Made by a program: the position numbers and the translations under genes. 37,945 bases of DNA from Reclinomonas americana ATCC 50394 (Eukaryota): the NCBI GenBank assembly GCA_048213135.1, contig PS015084.1, positions 61,406 through 99,350 of the forward strand. The letters run 5' to 3'. Of the stretch, positions 13,061 through 24,767 are shown one piece after another (the first letter of the stretch is position 1; each line of letters begins with the position of its first letter). A model generated the notes under the pieces. The model made no database searches. It worked only from the letters and a program-made list of their open reading frames with translations, and was not told the DNA's origin.

Positions 13061-13116
13061 TTGGACATCTGGAGAACTTGGATGTGCCACAGCCCCAACC
13101 TATAGACGGGCGTGCT

Positions 13117-13200
13117 GATGGTCAGCAATCCGAGCTGGAGCCGACAGTGAGCCTGTCGATGGTCAGCAATCCGAGCTGGAGCCGACAGTGAGCCTGTCGA
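13117..13200. repeat. Perfect 41-bp tandem duplication
   Basis: GATGGTCAGCAATCCGAGCTGGAGCCGACAGTGAGCCTGTC occurs twice. Confidence 0.95.
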
Positions 13201-13568
13201 AGATTTGCATGCAAGACAGGAAGACTGTGCCCGAGTTCATCTTTGAGTTTGTTAAGTTGTCTCTCCCTTCAGCTCTCTCTCTCTCTCTCTCCATACACAC
13301 TTGGCGAATCACCGACATGCTCCAATCAATTCATTTCCATCACTAAACGCCGCCAAACAACAACCGCACACGCTCACGGACCACAAAAATAAAGAAAGAG
13401 CGCACAATCTTGTCGCCTCGTCCCAAGACTATCTCTCCCTCTCTCACTCCCTCAACAACAAGACGACCCCAAATAACAGTTGAGAGAAACCAGAAAGAGA
13501 AAACCCACTAGGACGGAAAAAGCACTTTTGACGGAAACAACACAGAAGCACCATCACCAGCCCTCCGT

Positions 13569-16500
13569 TTAGAAGGCGAACGCCAGCAGCGCGGCAATGG
13601 CCATCAGCACCACAGTCCACAGCGACGAGGTCGCGGCGAAACCGGCACCACCAGTCGTCGACACACGCAGGTTGGCCGACGGGATCGACTGGCCGAACGA
13701 GTTGACGGCGCGCACATTCACCACGTACGGCGTGCCCGGCTGCAGGTTCGACTGAGTGAACGTGTAGTTGGCGCGCGACGACGACGTCGAGTCGGTGGCG
13801 TTCTTGTAGCCGAAGATGACGTTGCCGCCGTTCTCCGGGAACGTCTGGATCTGGTAGCTGGTGATCAGACCGAGACCAGTGTACACCGGGGTGGAGAAGT
13901 TGACGGTGATCGAGGTGTTGGTGTTGGTGCCCTGAGTCGGGGCGGCCGGAGCGGCAGCCTGGCCCGTCTGGGTCAGAGCGCCCTGAGTCGGCGTGCCAAT
14001 GTTGTTGTTGGCGGTGCCCTGCGAGCCCTGGCCGAGACCGACATTGTTGCCACCGATCAGCACCATGCGGTAGCGCGACGACGGCTTGATGGTCTGGAAC
14101 AGCTGCACGCAAGTGCCGGCAATGGCCGGGTTGGTGCCGCTGCCGAGCGTGGCAGTGTTCATGCCCAGGCCGTCAGCGGCGGCCGGGTTGCCAGTCGACG
14201 CCAGGAAGCGGGTCGTCCACTGCCAGAACACCAGGTAGTAGGTGGCGGCCGCAGTCGTGCCCGAGCCCACCGCAGTCCACGACACGCGGTACTCGTTGGC
14301 GGCGTAGAAGTCCAGCGACGGGGTGCCAGCAGCCGGCACAATGCCAGTCGTGGTCACCGGCGACGCCTGAATGTAGATCGACAGCGAGCTGTTGCCCGTG
14401 CCAATCGAGTTGGTCGCGTTGAGGAAGAAGCGGTAGAAGTTGCCGTTCACCACCGTCACAGACGCCGTGGTGTCGGCAGCGCCCAACGCCACACTCGGGC
14501 TTGTGGTCGTGGCCGACGCACCAGTCAGAGTCTGCGCAGAGATGGCAGTCGACGCGCCAGTGGCAGTCGTCCACGAGAACGCAATCGCCGTGCCAGTGTT
14601 GCTGGTCACCGCAAAGTTGGTCTGGTCGTTCGGCACCTGGCCCGTCAGCACGTTGTTGTTGAGGCCGTTGCCGATGATACCGTCGCCAAAGGTGGCCTGA
14701 GTGGTCGACGTGCCAATGCCGTTAATGCCGCGCACATCGACAAAGTAGTTGGTGGCGTCAGTGAGGCCGCGGATCACAGCCTGCTGCACCGAGGTGGTGT
14801 TCTGGGTCAGCGTGCTGGCCGTAGCCGCGCGCCATGACACCTGCCACTGGTTCACGAAGCCCTGGCCGCCAGTCTCCTGCGGCTGTCCCCAGCTGAGCCA
14901 GATCGAGGTCGAACGCTTGAGCAGAAGGCTCGACGACAGCGACGTGATGCCGCTCGGGCGCTGCGGCGACGTGGCCGTGGTGATGGTGATGGCCGACGCA
15001 GACCAGGCAGTCTGGTAGCCGTTGAACGACGCCACGCCAATGCGGTACTTGGTGTTGGAGTTGAGGCCGTTCACCAGCAGCGACGAGGTGGTCGAGCCGA
15101 GCGAGCCAGTGAACTGGTTCACGAACGAGTCCGGCACGAAGGTGGTCGAGGTGACGTTGGTCAGGTTCTGCACCAGCACCTGCACGCCGACAAAGTTCGC
15201 GAAGCCGTCCGAGGTGGTCAGCGAGTACTGCGTGCCCTGCACAGTCGACGGCGTCGACAGCGTGAAGGTGGCGTAGCCGGAGCCAGTCGTGCCAGCCGAG
15301 CCGCCAGTGGTCAGAGCCGGCAGCGGGTACGGGCGCACAATCGAGTTGGCAATCTGCGGCAGAGTGCCCGACTGAGCACCGTTCTGCGTCGAGGTCACGC
15401 CAGAGTCCGAGCGGGTGTTGGTGGCCTGCACGGCGTAGGTGTACGACTTGCCCGGAATGGTCGGGAAGTTGAAGTTGGTGGTCAGGTTCGTCCACGTGTA
15501 CGTGCGGTTGCAGTTATTGGTGTTCTGCGTCACAATGTAGCCGTTGATCGAGGTGCCACCGATGCCAATCGGCGACGCCCACGAGATGTTGGAGATGGTG
15601 TCCTGGTAGTAGTTGCCAGAGAAGCCCACACCGCCAGCAGAGCCGCCCTCCGAGTTGGCCACACCGCCAACGAGCGTCGGGGCCGCCGGGGCGATCGGAG
15701 CATCGTCTGTGTGGTGGGGGAGAAGGGAGGCGGTGGATGAGATACTGATATTCAAAAGAAGTAGAGGGTCCCCTGTCTATCTCGCATCCTATATAAGTCT
15801 TTCTCTCCCCTCTCCTCTTTCTTTCTCTTCCCTTTCCCTCCCTTCCCGCCCCCCTCCCTTCCTTCCCCCTTTCACGCAACTGGTGTTGTGAGTGGTCTGC
15901 GTCAGCGGGCCAGCAGCCGTGGCCGAGTTGGTCGACGTCGCAGTGGCGTACACTTGGTACGTGTACGACGTGTTGGCCGTCAGAGTTGTGTCGGAAGCGT
16001 AAGTGGCGGTCAGCGCCCAGCCAGTCGGCAGGGTGACAGTGGCCACAGACACCGGGGTCGCGTTGCCCTGGCCGCGGAAAACGGTGAAGCCGGTCACGGC
16101 GTTGGTGCCAAAGTTCTGCGGAATCGTCCACTGCAGGAAGATGTTGTTGAGGCCGTACTGCGTCACGATCAGGTTGGTCGGCGGGCTCGGCACGACACCG
16201 CTGGAAGCCGGAGTGGTGAAGTTGATGGCAGTGCTGAACGCGCACGTCACCGGGTTGGCGGTGGTGCCAGCCGGGTTGAAGGGCGAGGTCGGGAAGGCAA
16301 TCGAGAATTGGTTGCTGGCGCAGATCTGCAGGTTGACCGAGGTGCCAGCCGGCAGGCCGGTCACGTCGATGTAGTAGGTCGACAGGTTGTTGGTCCACGA
16401 AGGCGCAGCGCCGCTGCCGTTGGTGGCCGGGATGGAGCTGGTGTCAATGTTGGTGGCGGTGCCCGCAGTGGCCGCAGTCACCTGCGAGGCGCTCGTGGTC

Positions 16501-19500
16501 GAGTACACCACACGGTAGTTGGTGACGTTCGGGTTGGGCGTCGACAGGTTGCTCTGTGAGGCGCTCGAGGTGGCAGTGTTGGAGCCGCCGACGCTGATCG
16601 GGGTCGAGAAGTTGAGGCGCACGCCAGTCGAGAACAGGCGCGAGTACGCCACGTTGGTGGGCGCAGCCGGCACAGAGCCGTTGTTGTCGGTGGTGCCCTG
16701 GATGGAGCCGGCCGCCGATTGAGTGGCGTTGTTGTTGACAGAGATCTTGGCCTTGACCGTGTACTGCGTGGCAGCCACAAAGTTGTTGGCGGTGCCGCTC
16801 ACAGTGAAGCCGGTGATCTGCGCGTAGAAACCCGAGTTGTACGAGAACAGGCCGTTGAACACGGTGCTGAGGGTGCTGGCGTTGTTGTTGTTAAAAATGG
16901 CGGTCTGGTCAGCGCTGGCGCTGGTCACCGTGTAGGCGACGGACGGTGCGGCAGCAGTGTCGCCCGAGCCAAAGGTGGCCGGGAAGTTGAAGGCGACGAC
17001 AAACGACGTCGAAGTGACCTGGTCCACAGAGCCAGTGTACGGGGCGACCGTGTAGCCAGTCGGCGTGGCCGGCGCACCAGACGCCAGAGTCACCGTCACG
17101 GCTGTGGCATAGTTCAGGGTGCTGTCCGTAGGACCGGTGCCGTTGTAGTAGGCCGCAGCCACAGTGCAGCTGGTGCCAGACAGGCCAGTGACCTTGGTGA
17201 GCACGCGATTGCGTGTCAGACTAGCGGTGTTGGTGTCGGTGATGCCCAAATCACCCAAATTGGCTGCCGAGGTAGCAATCGTGGAGGTTGAGCCGCAGAC
17301 CGACTTGACGTACCACGCGGCAGCGCCAACCACGCCCACATTGCCCGCCGGAGCCTCCCACTCCACCCACGCCGAGGTCGACGTGACGTAGCGCACGGTG
17401 GACGACATTGTCGGCGCCGTCGGCGACACGACAGCGGTCGCCGGGACAGCGCTCGTGGTCAGGGTGCCGCTCCAGGCCGTGGCCGAGCGGTTGACCTGCG
17501 ACTCAGTCCACACGTTGATGGTGTACGAATAGCCGCCAGTGGTGCCGTTGTTCGTTAGAGTGCCAACGGTGTAGCCGCGCCACGTGCCAGCTGAGTTCGC
17601 ATCAGTGGCGGTCACAGTGGTGGGACCAGTGTTGTCGCCGACCACAAACGCGCGATAAGCAGTGGTGCCTGTGACGAAGTTGCTGGTCTGCTGCACAGTC
17701 AGCGAGGTGTTGATGTCCTTGAAGTTGAGAGCGTTGTTGCCGGGGGTCTGCGACGAGAGACCGCCCTGGCCGACGAGGTTAGTCGGCAGCTGCAGCCAGA
17801 TGGTGGCAGAGGTACTGCTGATGTAGTAGATGGCATTGGTGCCGGCGGTGGTGATCGGAGCGCGGGCTGTTCGGAGGGAGAGCAAGTGTGAGCTCACCAA
17901 TGGCGAGAGGAACAGAGCAGGTATAAGAAGCGCAACTGGTGGCGGTCCAGAACGGGGTACCAGACGGCGCGACAGCGGCAGTCAGAGAATTGGTGCTGGC
18001 GTTGTTCACGACGGAGATATTCACCAGCGGGTTGTACTGGCGGCCGGGGAGGAGGCCCGAGAGGGTGACCTGCCAGCCGTCGAGGTGACCCGTGGCGGGC
18101 TGGCTGCTGTTGGCCGCGGTGGTGAGGTTCGCCGTGGGGACAGCGATACCGCGCACAAAGGCAGAGCCAGTGGCAGTGAAGGAGTAGGAGGCGACAGTTG
18201 CGGCGTTGGAGTTGGCCTGGTTGGCGGTGAACGTCGCACCGCCATTCTTCATGGTGATGACGAAGGTCAGCGAGGTGTCGGTAATGTCGACGATGGTGAC
18301 GGAGTCGGGGTTGGAGAGGGCACCAGCGTTGGAGCCGGCGGTGGAGGGAGTAACAGCGGTGTTGACGCTGGTAACGGTGCCGGCAAAAGCAGTGCCGCCA
18401 ACGACATCGTACAATGTGGCCGCAGCGGCGAGGGTGACAGCTCCAGCAGCAGCGTAGCCCGTGCCCTGGGCGTTCACGCCAGTAACGGTAAGGGCGCCGG
18501 CAGCGCTGATCGAGATGTTCAGAGTGGCATTGCCAGCCTGGTTGATGGCTACACCAGTGTAGTTGGAGGACACGCCGTATCCAGAACCCGCAGTGGTCAC
18601 AGCAACGGCAGTGACTGCACCGACACCTTGTGTGGTGAACAGCAGCGCGCCATTGCCCGCCGGGAAGGTGGCGCTACCGCTCGTGCAATTGGGGGTGGCG
18701 GCGATCTTGACAGTATCGTTGTTCGCATAACCAGAGCCAGCAGCGTTACCGATGGCAACTGCGGCAATGGTTCCGTCAGCACCGACAGTCACCGTGAGCG
18801 TAAGAGCATTGTCACCAGCGCCTGTCTGCTTGGTTGTGGCGCAGTTCGCGAAAACCTTGCGGTAGCCAACGCCGGCAGTGCCAGTAGTGACAGCCGCAAT
18901 ACCGCCAGCAGCAGCGTTGGACACAGCGGCGTTGCCCGTGCAGCAATAGAGCGGCGCAGCGGTGCCGCCGCTGACCAGCGTGTAGCTCACGCCGTAGGTG
19001 GTAGTGGCACCAGGAGCAGCCGCACCGCGAATGGCGACAAGGACCTTGGCAGCCGACACGGCAGACCCGGCAGTGTTGCCGTCGAGGTACTGGAAGTCGG
19101 TGGGAGCCGCACCATTGTTGGCTGCGTTGGTACCAGCGACAAAGGTAATGGCGTTCACACCACCAAGCGGCGCAGAGGTGCTGGCGGCAGTCGCCACCAC
19201 ACCACGGTTTTGCGGCGAGCCAGCGTACATCACGACAAAGTTGTTGCCGAGCGTGACAAAGGCGGCAGCACTGGTGACGGCAGAGCCGGAGCGGTTGTAC
19301 CAGATGGCGTTGGTGGGCGCAGTCACACCGAGTGAGGACTGCATGACAACGTTTTGCGAGACGGCGGTGGTGCCAGGGCCAAGGTTCGTCGCCACAAGCG
19401 TCACGGTGCCGGCAGCGGTGGCCGAGAAGGTCATCGTGCCAGTGAGGTCGCTGGCGCCCATCGTCACAGTGCCGCTTGCAAAGCCATTGACGTTGTTCGG

Positions 19501-21543
19501 GTTGCCAATCGTGTAGGGGTTGGTGGAGGCGCTGAAGCCACCAGTGCCAATGACAGTGGCAGCAGCCGTATTCGCCAGGCATTGAATCACCGTGTTGGCG
19601 GTAGTCACCGTCCAGCAAGCCACCAGAACCGGAGCCGGCAGCGTCGGGTTGGTAGCGGCAGCAGACAATGTGAGTGTCAGCTGAGAGGCAGTGTCGAGAG
19701 CGAGCGTGCCGTCACCAGAGTCGTTGACAGCCGTCACGCGGATGACGTAGGCGCTGATGTTGGTCGTCGTCAGCTTCGAGATCAAAACGTGACCGCCAGA
19801 CACACGGCCAAAGGTCTTGTCGACGACAGGCGTGCCAGTGAACGTGGCGCCAAAGGCGTTGTACAGCGCAGTGCCGCCGTTGGCCGACGCCGCAGCCTCC
19901 ACCTTGAAGCTGCTGATGATACTGCCGCCAATTCGCTGCGGTGAAGTCCAAGTGACCAGACCGCCGTCAGAGGCAGGGGCAACGTTGGCGGTGGCGGCAG
20001 CTGAGGTCGGGAGTGTCTGGGCGAAAGTAGCGGTCTTGTCCGGAGACTGCTTGCCGTCCTGGGTGGTCACCGTGGCGGTCTGCGAGAGAAGAGGAGAGAG
20101 GAATGTGATGTGAGCAAGCTGTTTCACTAACAATACAGAAAATCACGAAAAACAAAGACGCAACAGAGCTCCACGGGCCAAAGCCCCACTGGCCCACAGC
20201 GCGAGCGCGCACCACGTAGCCAGTGCTCGGCAGCAGAATGCTGGTCGCGGCATCGGCACCAGTGCCAGACACCACGCACGTCTGCAGGGAGAACGGGCTT
20301 GAGTTGAACGGGATGGTGGCCGCATTGGCGCCGCCAGTGCCGACAGTGGTCTCAGTGTAGAAGGTCACCGGAGTCCACACCGTCAACGAGCTGCCAGTCG
20401 AGCTGCGGATCTGGACCTGGAAGAACGGAGTCTGCAGCTGGTTGTAGTTGTTGGTGTTGCCCGTCATGCCGGAGCCCGTCTGACCGAGCTTGATCGGCGG
20501 CGAGAACGACAGCACGAACGAGGTGGCCGACGTGTAGCTGATGGCCAGGTTGGTCGGCGTGCGCGGGGTACCGCCGAGCGGCACCGTCACGACCTGCGAC
20601 GAGGTGCGGACGCCCTCACCGTACAGGTTGACCGAGTAGGCCTGTTGGAGAGGAGATGAGTGGGGGATGGAGGGGAGGGAGGAGGAAAAGGAGAAGAGAA
20701 GACACGCAACAGCGATGGTGTACTGCACGCCCTCCTGAATGTTCTGGTCAAAGTAACGCAGAATCATGCCGTAGCAGCCGTTGCCGCCAGTGGCAGGGCC
20801 GCCATTGGCCGCAATGGCGTTGACCGACGAGCACTGTTGGTGGAGGGGAGAGGAAAGGAGAGAGAGGGTGAGCAGAGGAGAGGAGAGGGACAGCGGATGG
20901 AGGAGCAGGCAAGCAGACGCAACAGTGTACTTGGTGGTGCCAGTTGTGCTGGCCACGTCGACACCAAACTCGGTGGGCGGCGCGTTGCCCTGGTTGATGG
21001 GGGTCGTCCAGTTGACCCAGATGGCCGACTGAGAGCCGCTCGGGGCGGAGGTGTCGAGGTCTGCCAAAGGAGAGGGAGGGAGAGAGAGGGAGAAGTGAGG
21101 AGGAATGCACGCATCAAACAGAGAGAGAGAGAGAGAGATAGATTGTGCAAGGCACGCACCATCCTCGCCCACAGCCTTGATGATCTGGAATTGCTCCGGC
21201 GCGTTAGAGCTGCCAGGGGCAAAAGTGGTGGTCTGGGCGTCTGCACATCGTTGTCGAGAATGGGTGAGTGGGACAGATCATGCAGGCGAGCAGAGAGGCA
21301 CTGTCACTCAAATATAATACACGAATCCACTGCCACGCACGCACGCAGGAGATGCACACAACAGAGTCACAAGAGACTTACATGCACATAGACACGCACA
21401 CACACACACACACACTAAAGAGGGGGAGAGAGAGAGTGACATCGCGCGTGTCATCACACACACGCACACAAACACGCAAACTCACCAGCCAAGAGGACTG
21501 CGCCGAGGAGCACGAGGCACACGATGGAGAGGAGCCAACGCAT
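13569..21543 (-). CDS. Large secreted fibronectin type III repeat surface glycoprotein, likely GPI-anchored, ~2380 aa, 8 exons
   Basis: Exons 21543-21486, 21240-21160, 21060-20924, 20833-20711, 20641-20165, 20079-17937, 17866-15881 and 15706-13569 total 7143 nt in one frame. Signal peptide MRWLLSIVCLVLLGAVLLA; many FN3 motifs (e.g. NLQPGTPYVVNVRAVNSFGQS, YVVRARAVGQWGFGPWS); terminal hydrophobic tail LWTVVLMAIAALLAFAF with no cytosolic part. Confidence 0.92.
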
Positions 21544-21964
21544 GACCTGTGTATGGAGAGCCGAGGTGAGTGGAGAGAGGAGGGGTGAGTGGTTTTGAGC
21601 TCGAGCGACATGTCGTGTACATGTGTGAAAGTGTGTGTGATCGAGAGAGAGCGAGTGAGTGTGTGTGTGTGAGAGAGAGAGAGAGTCGACTTAGAGAGGA
21701 GACGCGACAACAGCGAGCAGCGAGTAAACTCATACTTAGCTGTGTCGCGTTGCACGACGCTCACATGCAATATCAAATTATGAGTACGCATGCATATATA
21801 TGTGCAGAGAATAGATATCGATGGAGTGAGCGAGAGAAAGAGTAGAGGAAGATTAAAGGAAGGAGGACCATGCGCAACGGCAAAGAGAGGGAGGGTGCAC
21901 GTGAAACGTAGAGATCATGATCAAGATAGAGCAAGAGAAGGCAGGAGAGCTCGAGAGAGGGAGG

Positions 21965-22019
<55 letters not shown>

Positions 22020-22047
22020 GAGAGACGAGTAGACGACGACGAGACGA

Positions 22048-22078
<31 letters not shown>

Positions 22079-22370
22079 GAGAGACGAGAGAGAGACGAGA
22101 GAGAGAGAGAGAGAGAGNNNNNNNNNNNNNNNNNNNNNNNNNNNNNNNNNNNNNNNNNNNNNNNNNNNNNNNNNNNNNNNNNNNNNNNNNNNNNNNNNNN
22201 NNNNNNNNNNNNNNNNNNNNNNNNNNNNNNNNNNNNNNNNNNNNNNNNNNNNNNNNNNNNNNNNNNNNNNNNNNNNNNNNNNNNNNNNNNNNNNNNNNNN
22301 NNNNNNAGTAGTAGTAGAGAGTAGAGAGAGTAGAGTAGAGTAGAGTAGTAGTAGTAGTAGTACGAGTAGA

Positions 22371-22412
<42 letters not shown>

Positions 22413-23998
22413 AGAGAGACGGAGAGGCGCCGACTGCGGGCGGTAGAAGCGGGTCAACTGCCAACTCACCACGGATGTGCAAAAAAGTGAATGAACATGG
22501 TGAGTGGTGACAGTCAACTCTTATTGTCTACTTTCCACGAACGGGGTTTCGCTCTCTGCGTGCGTTCGGATCCGCAAGACAGTGCAGTCACGTTTTCTTT
22601 GTCACCCTCCTGTTTTCGCGTGCACATGCGAGGGTCCACGTGCTCGCCAAGAGACGGCGCACCAGGTGAGAGTGCGTCGTCCATTGGCAGCAGCAAGAAT
22701 CGCAGTCACCGGAGACGAGGGGATGGTCCACGGGCGGTTTTGGTGCATTCGGAAGCTCCGTTCTGGTGGTCGCCAAATTACGCCCCATTGGTTCACCGCA
22801 AAACTCCGGTTTGGCGACGCAGGCGGCCAGTCCGGACAGGAATTCTGCCTCCGGGTGGACACGCACGCAAAACAGGATCCGAACACACGCCCGCATCTTC
22901 ACTGCAGACACACAGATAGAGTGTGTGTGAGAGGGTGGCCTGGCCATGGGCTGATCATGATGCGAAACCCACGCCCCCCCACCCCTTCTCTTGTGAGTAG
23001 CGTGTGTGTGTGTGCACGTGCACGGTGGGGGGGGGGGGTGGGGGTGGGGGGGGGGAAGAGAATGCTTGCTTTAAATTTGCGCACACACGTTCCTGCAGTA
23101 GAGCGCGCGTGGCCATGGCCTGCATGCCGATCGCGATGCCTCTATTGTCCGCCATTTATGCGCTTTTACCTCTTCTGGATCTTGATCACTCAATCGATAT
23201 CACGCCTGTGTGTGTACATGTGTGTGTGTGTGTGTATATCGATGAGAGTGGAGAGCTCATGTCGGTGCCGGCCGCGGCAGATCGATATCGGCCCTGGCAA
23301 GAAGTGATCATGAGACACGCACGCAAAACAGGATTCGAACTCACGCCTGCATATATTCCCTGCATATGCGGTACCGGTGCAGATCCTATATTGATCCGAA
23401 CGCGTTGATGAAGACCGTTGCGGTTGTCTAGATCTGGGGGACGCGAACAAGAACATTTCTTTATTGATCCGAACCCACGCACCAATATATACTCTGTGCG
23501 GCGGACAATACCACCTGCACAGACGCCACACTTTTGGGCCACTCGCCGCACGCGCGCTCGAGCACATTTCGACATCATGACGTGCGCTATCGCGCACGCG
23601 CACCCGATCGATATATCGCGACGTCGGCATATATACGAATAATAATAGAAACTTCACTGATCCATACACAACAATGAGCATCTACCAGTGATCACCAACA
23701 ATATATATCAGTTAACGTTCTGGATCTTGATCATCACGTTGTTACGTACGCGTGCACTCGCTCACTGCGTGCACATATGCGTATTCCATGGATATATATG
23801 TCACATGCTTATCGATACAGCATTCTGCTGGCACTGGTCGGCAGCTGCAGCTGCAGTACTAGTGCATGCGCACGTGGCGTCAAGCTTGGCAGGAGCGTTG
23901 CGCTCGTGTCGACGCCGTGTACATGTACTATAGCTAGCGCTAGCGCTGTCGCAGAGAGGCCTAGCTATATAGGGGGTGCACGAACGCGTGCACGTGGG

Positions 23999-24133
<135 letters not shown>

Positions 24134-24160
24134 NNNNNNNNNNNNNNNNNNNNTGATCAG

Positions 24161-24716
24161 GTTGCTGCCAGTGCTGCTGCAGGCTCCTCCTCTTCCTCCT
24201 CTTCCTCCTCGCGCGCAGTGTTTCCCGGTGTGGAGTGGCAGGCCAGCTCCAAGTCGTTTGTCTTGTCGATTCGCGTCACTCCCAAGGCCGATGTCACAGA
24301 GATTGTGCGTGCAAGAAGACAACTCACCAGCGCATCATGCATTTTCTCATTGTGCGTCTTGATGGAAAAAGGTTGGTCTCGAGGAAGACGAGATTCGTGT
24401 GCGTGTGGCTGCGGTGCCCGACAAGGGTCAAGCCAACAAGGAGCTGGTCAGTGGACTCTTGTTATCTGCACGTACTGCTGGTGTCTTCCTCTCATTCCAC
24501 TCTCGTTCCGCGCAGTGCGATCATCTTGCCAAGCGACTCGGCGTGCCAAAGTCCAAGTCGCGTCTTCTTTTCGTCGTATCGCTCTTTGTTTCAACTGTCC
24601 ACTCACCGCTTGTCAGTGTGACCATTGTGTCGGGCGACACGGCTCGCTCCAAGCGCGTCAGTGTGACCGGCTGTGACGAGGAGCGACTGGGGAGCGTGCT
24701 CGGATTCAGCGGCTGA
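24161..24716 (+). CDS. DUF167/YggU (UPF0235) family protein; start lost in the upstream gap
   Basis: Exons ~24161-24304, 24372-24446, 24516-24556 and 24617-24716 give LSIRVTPKADVTEIVGLEEDEIRVRVAAVPDKGQANKELCDHLAKRLGVPKSNVTIVSGDTARSKRVSV. Confidence 0.9.
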
Positions 24717-24767
24717 CACATTCACTGCAACATAATCGATCTGGCGACTGTACCCCGGTGGCGTGAG

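Noticed and set aside
17830-19335. 501-aa plus-strand ORF and similar ORFs over 14-20 kb
   Set aside because: Antisense shadows of the GC-biased FN3 exons.
23325-23400. tRNA gene suggested by GTTCGAATCC
   Set aside because: No T-stem pairing or cloverleaf can be formed.
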